From the UHGV virus genome UHGV-0106589: a stretch of DNA of 42,200 bases; one strand, given 5' to 3'. The notes below the pieces were generated by a model. It was given only the letters and a program-made list of their open reading frames with translations, had not been told where the DNA came from and did not search any database. Position numbers and translations under genes: made by a program. Shown in pieces: positions 17,462-26,766 of this stretch (its first letter is position 1; the number at the start of each line of letters is the position of its first letter). The stretch is from a virus.

Positions 17462-17473
17462 TTGGATTCCTCT

Positions 17474-17992
17474 TCATTCTTTCCCATCTTCTGTAAATGT
17501 CTTTGTAGTCAATGCGAACAGCCCCTTGATCCGGTTGCCCGTGTGATGTACATTAAACGGGATCTGGTATCCGGTTGTATCACCGCCATAGCTGGAAACC
17601 TCAATAATGGCATCTTCTTTATATGCCACATAGGAGCCAGTCTTTGACTCATCCTCGTCCCAAAGATGCACTTCCACCACGGAAGTCTTCAGGTCATCCA
17701 AAGTCTGGCGCTCATCAATGATTGCCTGCAACCGTTCAAACAGAGGATCGCCAATTTCTGCATAATACGGTTCAGCGGATGCCTGAGGCTGATAGCTGTC
17801 CAGATTTACAGAGGTTTCACCTAAAATATTGTTTTTAGTTTCCACATTGGCGTTCATTTCCACATTGAACTCTTCCAGATCCTTGCCTAAGCGGACATAT
17901 TTTGCCGTCTCTGATCCCGCTCCCGGAGCTGCCGAATCAATATAGTGCGCCATGAATTTACGTTTGATTTTCCCTGTTACTGTTCCTGGCAT
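17474..17992 (-). CDS. major tail protein
   Basis: 172 aa. Position after the head-tail connectors and before the chaperones. RBS present. Confidence 0.65.
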   Translation of the reverse strand: MPGTVTGKIKRKFMAHYIDSAAPGAGSETAKYVRLGKDLEEFNVEMNANVETKNNILGETSVNLDSYQPQASAEPYYAEIGDPLFERLQAIIDERQTLDDLKTSVVEVHLWDEDESKTGSYVAYKEDAIIEVSSYGGDTTGYQIPFNVHHTGNRIKGLFALTTKTFTEDGKE

Positions 17993-18448
17993 TTAAAATT
18001 CCTCGCTTTCTATTTTATACTGGGCGTAGATCTGTAGCTGATACATTACGCCGCTGTCAATGGTGTCCCCCATCAGTCCCATGCTCATTGCATTGGCTGC
18101 GGTTGCCTTTAAAAAAGTTCCCTTTAGTTCCTGTTCTCCGGCCTGAAATGTAAGCTCATCCCCGGAAGGCAGACGCTCCAGCCAGAGTGACAGCTCCAGA
18201 AGGAAGTTACTGTTTGCCAGCCGGTTATAGTCCGTAAAGGACTGACCGACTGCATACATAACAAAATTATGCTGCCGGATCTGGTTTCCCAGCACATCCT
18301 CTTTTACGAGTCTGTCCCCGTTGCTGGTCAGGCCATAATTGACCGGATCAGGCTCCGTAAAATCAATGTGGATCTCATCTCCAGCCAGAAACTCAGATAT
18401 CTTCGGATACTCCGTCAATGTCTGACGCATATAGTCTATGATGGTCAT
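17993..18448 (-). CDS. head-tail connector / tail completion protein
   Basis: Small ORF in the connector cluster, coupled to its neighbours (ATGA overlap). Confidence 0.5.
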   Translation of the reverse strand: MTIIDYMRQTLTEYPKISEFLAGDEIHIDFTEPDPVNYGLTSNGDRLVKEDVLGNQIRQHNFVMYAVGQSFTDYNRLANSNFLLELSLWLERLPSGDELTFQAGEQELKGTFLKATAANAMSMGLMGDTIDSGVMYQLQIYAQYKIESEEF

Positions 18449-18870
18449 GAACTTCCCCTCCTATCTGCCAGAGCCTGCGCCGCTTGGAGGATATCATCCT
18501 TGTGGTCTGCCTTCATCCTCTCAAACCACTTTTTTCCCCGCATGGGAGCCCCTGCATAGGTCAGCGCCTTCCCGGTCGGAACTTTAATCTCATTCTTTTT
18601 CGCCCACGCGCTTCCTGTGGTAGGTGACACATACAGAACCCCCTCATAGAGGTAATGAGCATAAGGCCCAGGAATGTCGATCTGCCCGGATCCGACCACA
18701 GTCGCCATAACCATCATGTGCTCCAACTCCCCCGCCTGTCTTCGGGGCATATATGGGGACATGTACCTCATGCACTCACTGTCTACCAGCTTTTGTACCG
18801 GCCCATTTTTCTGCAAGCCACGGGTTCTCAGAAGAGCCTCGGTGGACTTCATTTCAAATTCAACCTCCAT
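18445..18870 (-). CDS. head-tail joining protein
   Basis: Small ORF in the connector cluster. Confidence 0.5.
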   Translation of the reverse strand: MEVEFEMKSTEALLRTRGLQKNGPVQKLVDSECMRYMSPYMPRRQAGELEHMMVMATVVGSGQIDIPGPYAHYLYEGVLYVSPTTGSAWAKKNEIKVPTGKALTYAGAPMRGKKWFERMKADHKDDILQAAQALADRRGSS

Positions 18871-18879
18871 ACTGCCTCC

Positions 18880-19296
18880 TTACTTGCAGGACAGCTCATA
18901 ATGCCACACAGATTCACTGCCATACAGCCGTTCATCTGCTGTAGTAACGGTCACATAATCATGGGCCGCCTTTAAGGCTGCCAATGATTTTGACAAGGCC
19001 TCCGGCGTGCTGCTGTCGATTTCATTTGTGATATTTCCTTTGACAGCCAGATCCTTTCCTCTGGTAATATGCAATGGATGATTCAGGCTCTCATATGGGA
19101 TTACCAGCAGGACAGAAGCTGCATCCTTCTGCCCTGTCTTCAGGAATGTGGACTGCTGCACATCCTCCCAGTACACTCCCTCAATAGGAACACGGGTATA
19201 TCGTACGTCCCTGCCCTCTTTGCTGTACAGATACAGCGTTGCGTCTGAGTTGGTATACATCTCACACCCCCTGATAGCACAGGCCGGTACCTCCAA
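18880..19296 (-). CDS. head-tail adaptor protein
   Basis: Small ORF in the connector cluster. Confidence 0.5.
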   Translation of the reverse strand: MEVPACAIRGCEMYTNSDATLYLYSKEGRDVRYTRVPIEGVYWEDVQQSTFLKTGQKDAASVLLVIPYESLNHPLHITRGKDLAVKGNITNEIDSSTPEALSKSLAALKAAHDYVTVTTADERLYGSESVWHYELSCK

Positions 19297-19630
19297 GCCA
19301 TTTCATCACGATGGCCTCCTGTTCCCCGGCATATGCAGAATCACTCTCTCCCGAAGAGGCGAAGCTGATGGAATAGGTTCCGATCTTCTCAGATGTTTTT
19401 CCGCCAGAATCCATCTTCTGCTTTTCTCTGGAAAACTCAGCCTCTGCCAGCTCACAGCAACACAGGCGCACCGCCTCCGGAATCTTCGCCGTCTGCTTTA
19501 AACGTCCGAACGTATAACTGTCAATCACCTGGCTGGCCTGACGGGAATAGAAGTCAAAGCCGGCGCTGATGACCGGCTTACGGCCTAACAAATATCGGTC
19601 TGTATAGAATCCTTCATCTGCATAACTCAT
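19262..19630 (-). CDS. head completion / DNA-packaging connector protein
   Basis: Small ORF immediately downstream of the major capsid gene. Confidence 0.5.
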   Translation of the reverse strand: MSYADEGFYTDRYLLGRKPVISAGFDFYSRQASQVIDSYTFGRLKQTAKIPEAVRLCCCELAEAEFSREKQKMDSGGKTSEKIGTYSISFASSGESDSAYAGEQEAIVMKWLGGTGLCYQGV

Positions 19631-19647
19631 CAGCGCCCAGCTCCTTT

Positions 19648-20841
19648 CTACGCATTCGGGATCAGGGTAACTGCTTTAGGTACTGCGGACTTGTCCACAG
19701 TCACTGTTTCTGTCACAGTGCCATACCCGCTCTTCCTGATCTTTGCCGGATAGGTACCCGGACGCAGATGGAACTCTGCCACGCCGGAAGCATTGGTTTT
19801 CAGTCTGGAACCATTGACGTCTACAATGGCACCTTCAACCGCTTTCGGCTCACTGTTGTTGTCCTTGACTGTAAATGTAACCTTCTGGGTGGTCATTGCC
19901 GTCGCTGGCTCCAGATAAGCAAACGGACAGCCCACACGATCCTCATCCATCCTGGTTGCAGGGTTCGGGAGCGCCCATCCCATACGAAATACGACACGCA
20001 GCGCCACCATGTCCTGCTGAGCCAGGTTGTAAGCGATTTCTTTTGTAGCAGGATCCTGAATAACACCCTGATCCAGGATCTTTACAGTGATATCCTGACG
20101 GATCGCGTATACAGCCTGTTTGAAATCACCAATAATCAGCTGAGCAATCGTATTGTCAAATGCACCGTTCTGCGGGAAATACATAGGCGCACCATCCAGT
20201 GCATAGTTTGTGGATCCCTGCATATCTGACTTAAAGATCGGGGTTCCATCCGTAGCCTTAATCCCTCTCAGTTTTGCCCTCATTCCCATGGAAGCCAGAG
20301 CACCTGTGGACATATAGCCATCTTCCTCTACCTTGGAAATAACGCCGCCTTCTCCGAGAATCAGATCATAATAATCAGGACTGCCACCAGGCGCTACGTT
20401 ATTCCCTGCCTGACGTGCCAGAGTAACAATATCGTTCTGCCATTCTGCCGGACGGTTCACACCAAAGATAATGGCACTGTCCACCTTCTGGCCGATCGCC
20501 TCATTCACCCTCGGAGTGATCTCTCCGAAAATGTCAAACTCTGCATCATCCAGTACCGCCTCCGGAATCGGAATGATGACTGCCAGCTCTGCCGCATTGA
20601 TATACACATTATCCCATGCCTGCTTGCTGGTCTGCTTCATACCGGTATCACCGTTTACCCAGTAAGCAGTTGGCAGGAAATCCAGTACGCGGATACGGGT
20701 CTGGTTGCTTGTCATATTCGGCAGCTTGCGCGCTAAAGACATAAATACCGACTGTTTGGGCGCGTCCTGAAAAATAGTGGATACCACCTGCTCACGGATA
20801 ATGGCCTCTGCATCGGCCCTGCTTGTAATATGTACTGCCAT
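19648..20841 (-). CDS. major capsid protein (HK97-fold family) with a C-terminal Ig/CarboxypepD_reg-like decoration domain
   Basis: 397 aa following the scaffold. C-terminal about 80 aa (VKDNNSEPKAVEGAIVDVNGSRLKTNASGVAEFHLRPGTYPAKIRKSGYG) looks like a beta-sandwich add-on. Confidence 0.8.
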   Translation of the reverse strand: MAVHITSRADAEAIIREQVVSTIFQDAPKQSVFMSLARKLPNMTSNQTRIRVLDFLPTAYWVNGDTGMKQTSKQAWDNVYINAAELAVIIPIPEAVLDDAEFDIFGEITPRVNEAIGQKVDSAIIFGVNRPAEWQNDIVTLARQAGNNVAPGGSPDYYDLILGEGGVISKVEEDGYMSTGALASMGMRAKLRGIKATDGTPIFKSDMQGSTNYALDGAPMYFPQNGAFDNTIAQLIIGDFKQAVYAIRQDITVKILDQGVIQDPATKEIAYNLAQQDMVALRVVFRMGWALPNPATRMDEDRVGCPFAYLEPATAMTTQKVTFTVKDNNSEPKAVEGAIVDVNGSRLKTNASGVAEFHLRPGTYPAKIRKSGYGTVTETVTVDKSAVPKAVTLIPNA

Positions 20842-20854
20842 ATTGTTTGCCTCC

Positions 20855-21514
20855 TTATTCTCTTCCTAAAATGTTTCTTAATGCTGCATTGGCTCTGGCT
20901 TTTGTGTCCTCCGTCGCTGCACCGCCCGGGCCAGGCGTAGAAGACACCACTCTGGGAATACTGACGTCCTGAAACAGATATGCATTGTCCTTCTTCACCG
21001 CATCCAGGGCGGCCTTGATGTCTGCTTCCTGGTTCTTGCTGCCTTTCAGCTTTTCAACGTCCAGGAATGGCATGACGGCTTTCAGATTCCTTGGTTTATA
21101 GCCCTCTGCCGTTGCCTTTAACAGGTCATTGAAATCCCTGTCGGCAATCTGTTTCTGATACTCTGTCTCCTTGTTTGCCAGATCAGCAGTCAGCTGGGTA
21201 ATCTTGCCCTGAAGTTCCTGGACATTTACTCCCTCAAAGCTCTTGAGCGTAGTCTGGGCCGCCGCAAGCTGGGTCTTGTAGTTGTCCCGGTCCTGCTTAA
21301 TCCCGTTAAGCTCCTTACCATACTCGGCCATTACATAATCGATCTGTTCCTGCGTCAGACCCTTTGCCTGTAAATCTTCTGTTTTCATTCCCTGTGTCCT
21401 TTCTTTGTATTGATTCGCCATTAGGTTATTTATAGGTGTGTAACCATCCACCAAACGAATGACTGTTTTAGGTCTCATCATCTGACCGAAAAAAGGCGTA
21501 AAAATAACACCCAA
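20855..21514 (-). CDS. scaffolding protein (start uncertain: TTG at 21514 or an internal Met)
   Basis: Coiled-coil, charged, Gln/Lys-rich protein immediately upstream of the capsid gene. Confidence 0.65.
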   Translation of the reverse strand: MGVIFTPFFGQMMRPKTVIRLVDGYTPINNLMANQYKERTQGMKTEDLQAKGLTQEQIDYVMAEYGKELNGIKQDRDNYKTQLAAAQTTLKSFEGVNVQELQGKITQLTADLANKETEYQKQIADRDFNDLLKATAEGYKPRNLKAVMPFLDVEKLKGSKNQEADIKAALDAVKKDNAYLFQDVSIPRVVSSTPGPGGAATEDTKARANAALRNILGRE

Positions 21515-21529
21515 GCCTCTGCCTGCGTG

Positions 21530-21571
21530 TCTATGACTAATTCTATGACTATCTTAAATCTTTCTATGACT
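21530..21571 (-). promoter_or_regulatory. three direct repeats TCTATGACT (starts 21530, 21542, 21563) upstream of the head-module start
   Basis: AGTCATAGA occurs three times on the minus strand, 15-55 nt upstream of the scaffold TTG start. Spacings are 12 and 21 bp. Confidence 0.45.
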
Positions 21572-21717
21572 TATTCAATTTTTCCGCACTTAACGCACCG
21601 CCTCACATAGCCGCCATAAGGGCCATGACGGCGGCACCAGTGCTTTCTATACTGATGTTCACATCCAGGCTTTGTTCTGCAAAAGAACTGTTTCAGCCAT
21701 CTTAACAATCTACTCAT
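21571..21717 (-). CDS. small zinc-ribbon-like protein (48 aa; C-x5-C ... C-x2-C)
   Basis: MSRLLRWLKQFFCRTKPGCEHQYRKHWCRRHGPYGGYVRRCVKCGKIE. RBS GGAAGGAG sits 7 nt upstream. Not in the ORF track (short). Immediately downstream of the 16-bp palindrome. Confidence 0.35.
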   Translation of the reverse strand: MSRLLRWLKQFFCRTKPGCEHQYRKHWCRRHGPYGGYVRRCVKCGKIE

Positions 21718-21732
21718 TGTGTGCTCCTTCCT

Positions 21733-21748
21733 GTTGCGACGTCGCAAC
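21733..21748. repeat. perfect 16-bp palindrome GTTGCGACGTCGCAAC
   Basis: Seen directly. Lies in the 5' region of the zinc-ribbon ORF and head module. Confidence 0.8.
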
Positions 21749-21753
21749 GCCCA

Positions 21754-22020
21754 TTACATGGGATAACAGATATTTTCCCACTTCTTATAGGCATCAAAGT
21801 ACAGCTCATTCTTATCGCCGTTGTAAGTCAGCTCATAATACATACCATCAGATACAGGCGTACTGAGCAGAGCCTTGTGATTCTGAAGGCTCTTGCTGTA
21901 CCAGACCACAAACACATCATTCACCGTCATAGTCGGAGTTGCGTCTGTCTTATCCTTCTTCTGGTTGTGATACTCTGCTACCTTGGCCTTGCAGATGTTT
22001 AAAAATTCCTGACTTCCCAT
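21754..22020 (-). CDS. hypothetical protein (88 aa)
   Basis: ORF between the MuF-like gene and the zinc-ribbon ORF. Confidence 0.4.
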   Translation of the reverse strand: MGSQEFLNICKAKVAEYHNQKKDKTDATPTMTVNDVFVVWYSKSLQNHKALLSTPVSDGMYYELTYNGDKNELYFDAYKKWENICYPM

Positions 22021-22190
22021 TGTGATTCCTCCTTAATTTTGCGTATAAAAATACCACCGGCCATTACTGACTGGTGGTATCTACTCTTCTTCCCATTCGG
22101 TTAAATCTTCACTTTCCTTTTTCAATCGTTCTAATTCTGCATTTCTTTCCTCTTCTGTCATTTCTTCATGGACTATGGCATCCTTACCCC

Positions 22191-23984
22191 TTATTTTAAC
22201 TCCTTCCATTCAATTCCAAACTCCTTTTCAAATTCTTTTAATGCAATCAGCTGTGCATCTTCTATGCCATAAGTGTATGGCTTGGAAACATATTTGTCAA
22301 CGGTCTTATTAAAATATTCACTGCGAAATGGTTTATCTCCGGCTTTATACTGGAACACTCTTCCATCATGGGTGACTACTACTCCAAATACATATCCTCT
22401 TGCTCCAGCAGATACAAAATCTCCTCCTGTAGGATATAAATTTGTTGGGTGATTGTGCATCCCTATAATCCCCTCTGTTTTAGCATAACTCCGAATCTTC
22501 TCGATCTCTTCTTTGGATAATTCCACTCCCAGGTCATTAGATCCGCTTGTTTTAGAAAAAAGCCTTTTTCCGCTCTTCGCACTGATAATATACAGATCTT
22601 CTCCGTCACTTCCATTTCTATGGACAAGCATGGATCTTGCATATTTCCTTAAAGAATCATTTACTGTTGAATTTCCAGTAAGTTGTGTAAATTTACTTCT
22701 GAACAGATCCGTTTCAATCTTCTTTAAGTCAACAATATTGCTGCCCTTACGAAGATTCTCAATATTCGCACTTTCTGTTTCTGTACGAATAAAAGTCTTT
22801 TCTCTCCCGGATATATTTTTTGCGATCCTCAGCCGTTCCCGCTGCTGCCTAATCCCCATTGCCTTTGAAAACTCCACATAGGTCTTGTTAGTCAGCCTCA
22901 GCCTGCTCTTAGCCGCTGTAATATCATCCGGGTCAGCCTTAGCCTCCTCTAAAAGCTTAACATCCTGCTTCTGTTTCCGGATTGTGCGCTCCAAGCGCCG
23001 TTGATACTGTAAGGCTCCATATGTATCATATTCGTGCCCGTTAAACAGCTTTTTTTCATTTTCTTTCCGGTTCTGTTCTTCCAGCCACTCATCTGTATAC
23101 CTCCGTTTGCTGATACCGGGAAGGAAGGGAAAACGGATATGGTAGCAGTTAATGCCGGCAAATCCCAGCATCTCCCCCAGCCCGCAGACTGTCCGCATCT
23201 CCTCAGAGGAATAAACCTTCCCCTGCCAGCTCTGATGATTCAGGTACCCGGTTCCTGTGTTTCTGGCCCCCATGTGCCAGTCTACTTCCCAGTAATCTGT
23301 CCCCAGCTCTCCGGCGTTCTTCTCATTCACCTTGTCAACCATCTGGGCGATTCCGGTCATCACCGCTCGCCTTGCAGCCACCTCAATCCGGTCGGATTTT
23401 CCAGACGCATAATCCACAGTCCGTATGCCGCTGGCTGTCATCTCGTCAATGACTTCCCCTATGGCCTGGCTGTATGTCCTTGTGCCGGTGGTGATCCCCA
23501 GCATGGCCTTGTCCAGGCTACGCTCCAGATACTCTGACAGCGGCGTGAATACCTGCCTTCCGCCCATCTGCACATTGAACCCGGTTGTCTGGGTGATGTT
23601 TTCCATCGGCCTCAGGCTGTCTCTAGTCTGTTCCCTGACCGCTTCCACAACCTGCTGGAGCCATTGGTTTTCTTCGTAGGGCAAATAGTCCCGGCCTGCG
23701 GCCTCATAGATAGCCTTGTTGCGGATATAATCAGACTGTGCCGCCTGATCGTAGATCTGATCAATATCAAGCCCTGCAGACTCTATCCCCTCCCGAAGCA
23801 GGTGCTTGATTTCTTTCCGGCTCTTGCCAATGGCGTCCATCCGGATCAGCAGCCAGTCAATCACCGGAGTAATCTGGGACACCTCTTTTATGCGCTGTAT
23901 GATTTCAGACATAACAGCCAGCTCCAACGCTGTCATAGTGCGCTCTAATGGCTTTGGTAGCTTCTCCAGTTCTTCCGGTGTCAT
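22191..23984 (-). CDS. minor head protein, MuF/SPP1 gp7 family, with a C-terminal JAB/MPN-like domain
   Basis: Central head-morphogenesis domain (GTDYWEVDWHMGARNTGTGYLNHQSW). C-terminal about 190 aa contains EEIEK...IIGMHNHPTNLYPTGGDF, which fits the JAMM pattern E...HxHx(6-7)(S/T)xxD. Confidence 0.75.
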   Translation of the reverse strand: MTPEELEKLPKPLERTMTALELAVMSEIIQRIKEVSQITPVIDWLLIRMDAIGKSRKEIKHLLREGIESAGLDIDQIYDQAAQSDYIRNKAIYEAAGRDYLPYEENQWLQQVVEAVREQTRDSLRPMENITQTTGFNVQMGGRQVFTPLSEYLERSLDKAMLGITTGTRTYSQAIGEVIDEMTASGIRTVDYASGKSDRIEVAARRAVMTGIAQMVDKVNEKNAGELGTDYWEVDWHMGARNTGTGYLNHQSWQGKVYSSEEMRTVCGLGEMLGFAGINCYHIRFPFLPGISKRRYTDEWLEEQNRKENEKKLFNGHEYDTYGALQYQRRLERTIRKQKQDVKLLEEAKADPDDITAAKSRLRLTNKTYVEFSKAMGIRQQRERLRIAKNISGREKTFIRTETESANIENLRKGSNIVDLKKIETDLFRSKFTQLTGNSTVNDSLRKYARSMLVHRNGSDGEDLYIISAKSGKRLFSKTSGSNDLGVELSKEEIEKIRSYAKTEGIIGMHNHPTNLYPTGGDFVSAGARGYVFGVVVTHDGRVFQYKAGDKPFRSEYFNKTVDKYVSKPYTYGIEDAQLIALKEFEKEFGIEWKELK

Positions 23985-23988
23985 GATA

Positions 23989-25377
23989 TCACTCCTCTAT
24001 CAGTGCTGGCTCTGGCAGGTTCTTAGCAGCCTCTTCTAGCGTCTCGCCATACCACTTACTGCGGTACTCAGCCAGAGACATTACGCCCATAGCCACATCC
24101 TGCCGGTCTGTCTGCCTCTCAGCTTCCGCATCCACAATAATACTGTCATCCCAGACAAAGGATACCTGATACTTGTTCCCAAGCGGGATAAGGCCATACA
24201 GCACTGCCCAGAAGTTCATTGCGTACACCAGGTCCTCCAAAGCCTTCTGTAAAGCCATCTGCGTGTCAGATACGAATGTATAAGACCGCTGTTTGCTGAC
24301 CTTGATCTCTGTAGCCGTCTTATCGACATTCTGGGGATCTGACAGGGTGCCATATGCCAGATTGCAGGCAAACTCAATCAGCCTTAGCTGGTTATTAAAA
24401 CCGTTGAAAAGAGCGGTATCTCGAATCTCTGGTGAGAAGGTATCGATAAAAGGCTTGTCCGCAGCACCAGCATTATATTCTACGTTCCGGTACAGACGTT
24501 CCTGGCCCCCGGGATATTCAAACTTATTGCGATCATTATTATATTTTAATAAAGATGTGGCAATATGAATGGCCAGCTGCGTCCCTTCATACTCCCAGCA
24601 GATATTTGAATATCTCCGGTCCGCTTCCTCGACCAGCTCCGGCGCCCTGGAATACACAGACACCCCCAGAGGGCTGTCAGAATCCTCCGCATTCGCCATA
24701 GGGACCTTAAAGTATCCAAACAGAAGCCGGTCTGCCCCTTCCAGGGTGAGCTCAGGCGCCAGTTCAGACCATCGCTCTATACTGCCTATTTCTATCTCAG
24801 TCCCCAGACTGTAATCATTCGTAGCCACAAATACCCGGTTCGTGAGATGGATCCTGTCCCCTTGCAGGGTATGTACTTCCAGCCGGGTATAGATCTTTTT
24901 TCCTTTCCGGAACTGCTCCGTAAATACGCACTGCTGGATCCTGCCAGAATCGTCAAATGCCAGCGGGAAGAAGCTGTCTGCCTGCACATACTGTATGGAC
25001 AGCCCTGTCTTTGTCACATACGGTTTCAGGATCAGCCCGCCTTTTGCACAGCCATACTCTACATACCGGCGCAGATCAGCCAGGACTTTCTTCTGATATT
25101 CCCGGTTCAAAAACAGGGCCCCGGTCCCTCCAGTGATCTCTGATTTCATCTCCAAGGTGACCAGGCGGGCAATTTCTGAAGCGATTGCTGCCGGTATCTG
25201 TGCACTTTTTGTCTTTTGCCGGTCAACCCATGGAGCATGGTTCTCATACATGGCTGTCCATAACTCAATCGCCGAGGCCATCTGGGAGGTCAGGCACACA
25301 TCCACCTGCGTATCTGCATCTTTATTTAAAACGTCTGTAATCAGGCTCAGCATCTTTGTAAACCGCATTGCTGCCAC
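23989..25377 (-). CDS. portal protein
   Basis: 462 aa immediately downstream of TerL. Portal-like length and position. Confidence 0.8.
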   Translation of the reverse strand: MAAMRFTKMLSLITDVLNKDADTQVDVCLTSQMASAIELWTAMYENHAPWVDRQKTKSAQIPAAIASEIARLVTLEMKSEITGGTGALFLNREYQKKVLADLRRYVEYGCAKGGLILKPYVTKTGLSIQYVQADSFFPLAFDDSGRIQQCVFTEQFRKGKKIYTRLEVHTLQGDRIHLTNRVFVATNDYSLGTEIEIGSIERWSELAPELTLEGADRLLFGYFKVPMANAEDSDSPLGVSVYSRAPELVEEADRRYSNICWEYEGTQLAIHIATSLLKYNNDRNKFEYPGGQERLYRNVEYNAGAADKPFIDTFSPEIRDTALFNGFNNQLRLIEFACNLAYGTLSDPQNVDKTATEIKVSKQRSYTFVSDTQMALQKALEDLVYAMNFWAVLYGLIPLGNKYQVSFVWDDSIIVDAEAERQTDRQDVAMGVMSLAEYRSKWYGETLEEAAKNLPEPALIEE

Positions 25378-25380
25378 CTC

Positions 25381-26766
25381 CTATCCATATTTGATCAGAC
25401 GGCTGATCAGCCGCTCAAAGGTATATTCAAAGCTGTCCAGGCTGTCAATATCACTGGTGCCATCATCCAGCCGTACATTCTTTGTCAGCTCCTTAGGGTC
25501 CCATACCGCTGTACTCAAAGCGTTTACCAGGCTCTGGCACTCATCCTGGACATAATAAAAACGCCCCTGTGCCATCAGAATGGCGGTAGCGTTGATCCTG
25601 TCATTTACTTCTGTCTTCAGCGCATTTTCCACCCGGACCCATCCAAGGCCATGCTTACGCAGGCTGCTGCGGATCCCGGCGATCAGCGTCTGTTCTGCGC
25701 TGTCTGCATATACAATCGTCACATACCCATACCGGCTGATGATTTTCTGGCAGAAATCGCAGAACCGTTTCCCCAGCATATCCGGATCGATCTCAATCTG
25801 GTTTCCTCTCTCATCCTTGCAGCCGATCCACTCAGAAGCCAGAGGGATTACATTCTGATACCCTCTGGTAATGGCCGTCGCTGTGAAGGAGTGGCCGGAG
25901 TTGCTTCCACCAAAATCAATCCCCAGATTGATCTCCATGATGTCCTTCGGTTTACCCTTAAGCCGGAAGGAATACTGCTTCGTGCTAACATCATCAGCAA
26001 ACCGGCGGTAAATCAGGCCATTCGCCACTACCCGCATTCCTTTAATGTCCCGCAGATACCAGATACTGTTCTTATCGTATCGGCTTTCAACCTCCCTCAG
26101 ACGCTCCTGGGTAATGTTTATGTTATCATAAATGGTACAGTGCATATAATTATACCCACCGGGAAAGTCTCCTGCGTCTGCCTGCTTCTGGTATTTGTCT
26201 ATGTATTCAGAGTAGATCGGAGCCCTGGGGTTATCCGGATTCAGGTCCCAGAAGATTTTCAGACGCTTAGAAGCCAGCTGGCGGTTAAATGCCTCTTTGA
26301 TGGTGTTATCATGGTGCAGGTTGATCTCTGTTGCGATCCACATCCCGTAGGAATTACCACGAATCTTCTTGTAGCTGTCTTCCTTGGCGCCTCCGGCAAA
26401 AATGATAATTTTCTGCTTGTTTTTGGTAGCCGGGCCTTTAATAAACAGGGCTTCATTGTCCTTATATTTTCCCCAATGACACTGGCCGCGAAAGATCCAT
26501 TCAAGACCGAAACCATTTGCATCACCGATATTCAGTTTCGCATTTCCCACTGTAGAGCCAGTTGCCAGGTGGATCCGGTCCGGCGTTGTTTTCAGCTCGT
26601 AGGCAAAAGCAAAAATATTATCTACTGTCTTCCCTGCCCGGACAGCCCCTTCAGCCACGTTGTAGGAACAGGAACGGCATTTACGGATATACTCCTTATG
26701 TTTCTCCCCGAAGTTAAAAGGGATGCTCTTTTTACGGGTATAGTTACTCACTGCCGTAAATATCAC
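25381..26766 (-). CDS. terL: terminase large subunit
   Basis: Walker A in AEGAVRAGKT. 461 aa. Overlaps the TerS 3' end. Confidence 0.9.
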   Translation of the reverse strand: MIFTAVSNYTRKKSIPFNFGEKHKEYIRKCRSCSYNVAEGAVRAGKTVDNIFAFAYELKTTPDRIHLATGSTVGNAKLNIGDANGFGLEWIFRGQCHWGKYKDNEALFIKGPATKNKQKIIIFAGGAKEDSYKKIRGNSYGMWIATEINLHHDNTIKEAFNRQLASKRLKIFWDLNPDNPRAPIYSEYIDKYQKQADAGDFPGGYNYMHCTIYDNINITQERLREVESRYDKNSIWYLRDIKGMRVVANGLIYRRFADDVSTKQYSFRLKGKPKDIMEINLGIDFGGSNSGHSFTATAITRGYQNVIPLASEWIGCKDERGNQIEIDPDMLGKRFCDFCQKIISRYGYVTIVYADSAEQTLIAGIRSSLRKHGLGWVRVENALKTEVNDRINATAILMAQGRFYYVQDECQSLVNALSTAVWDPKELTKNVRLDDGTSDIDSLDSFEYTFERLISRLIKYG

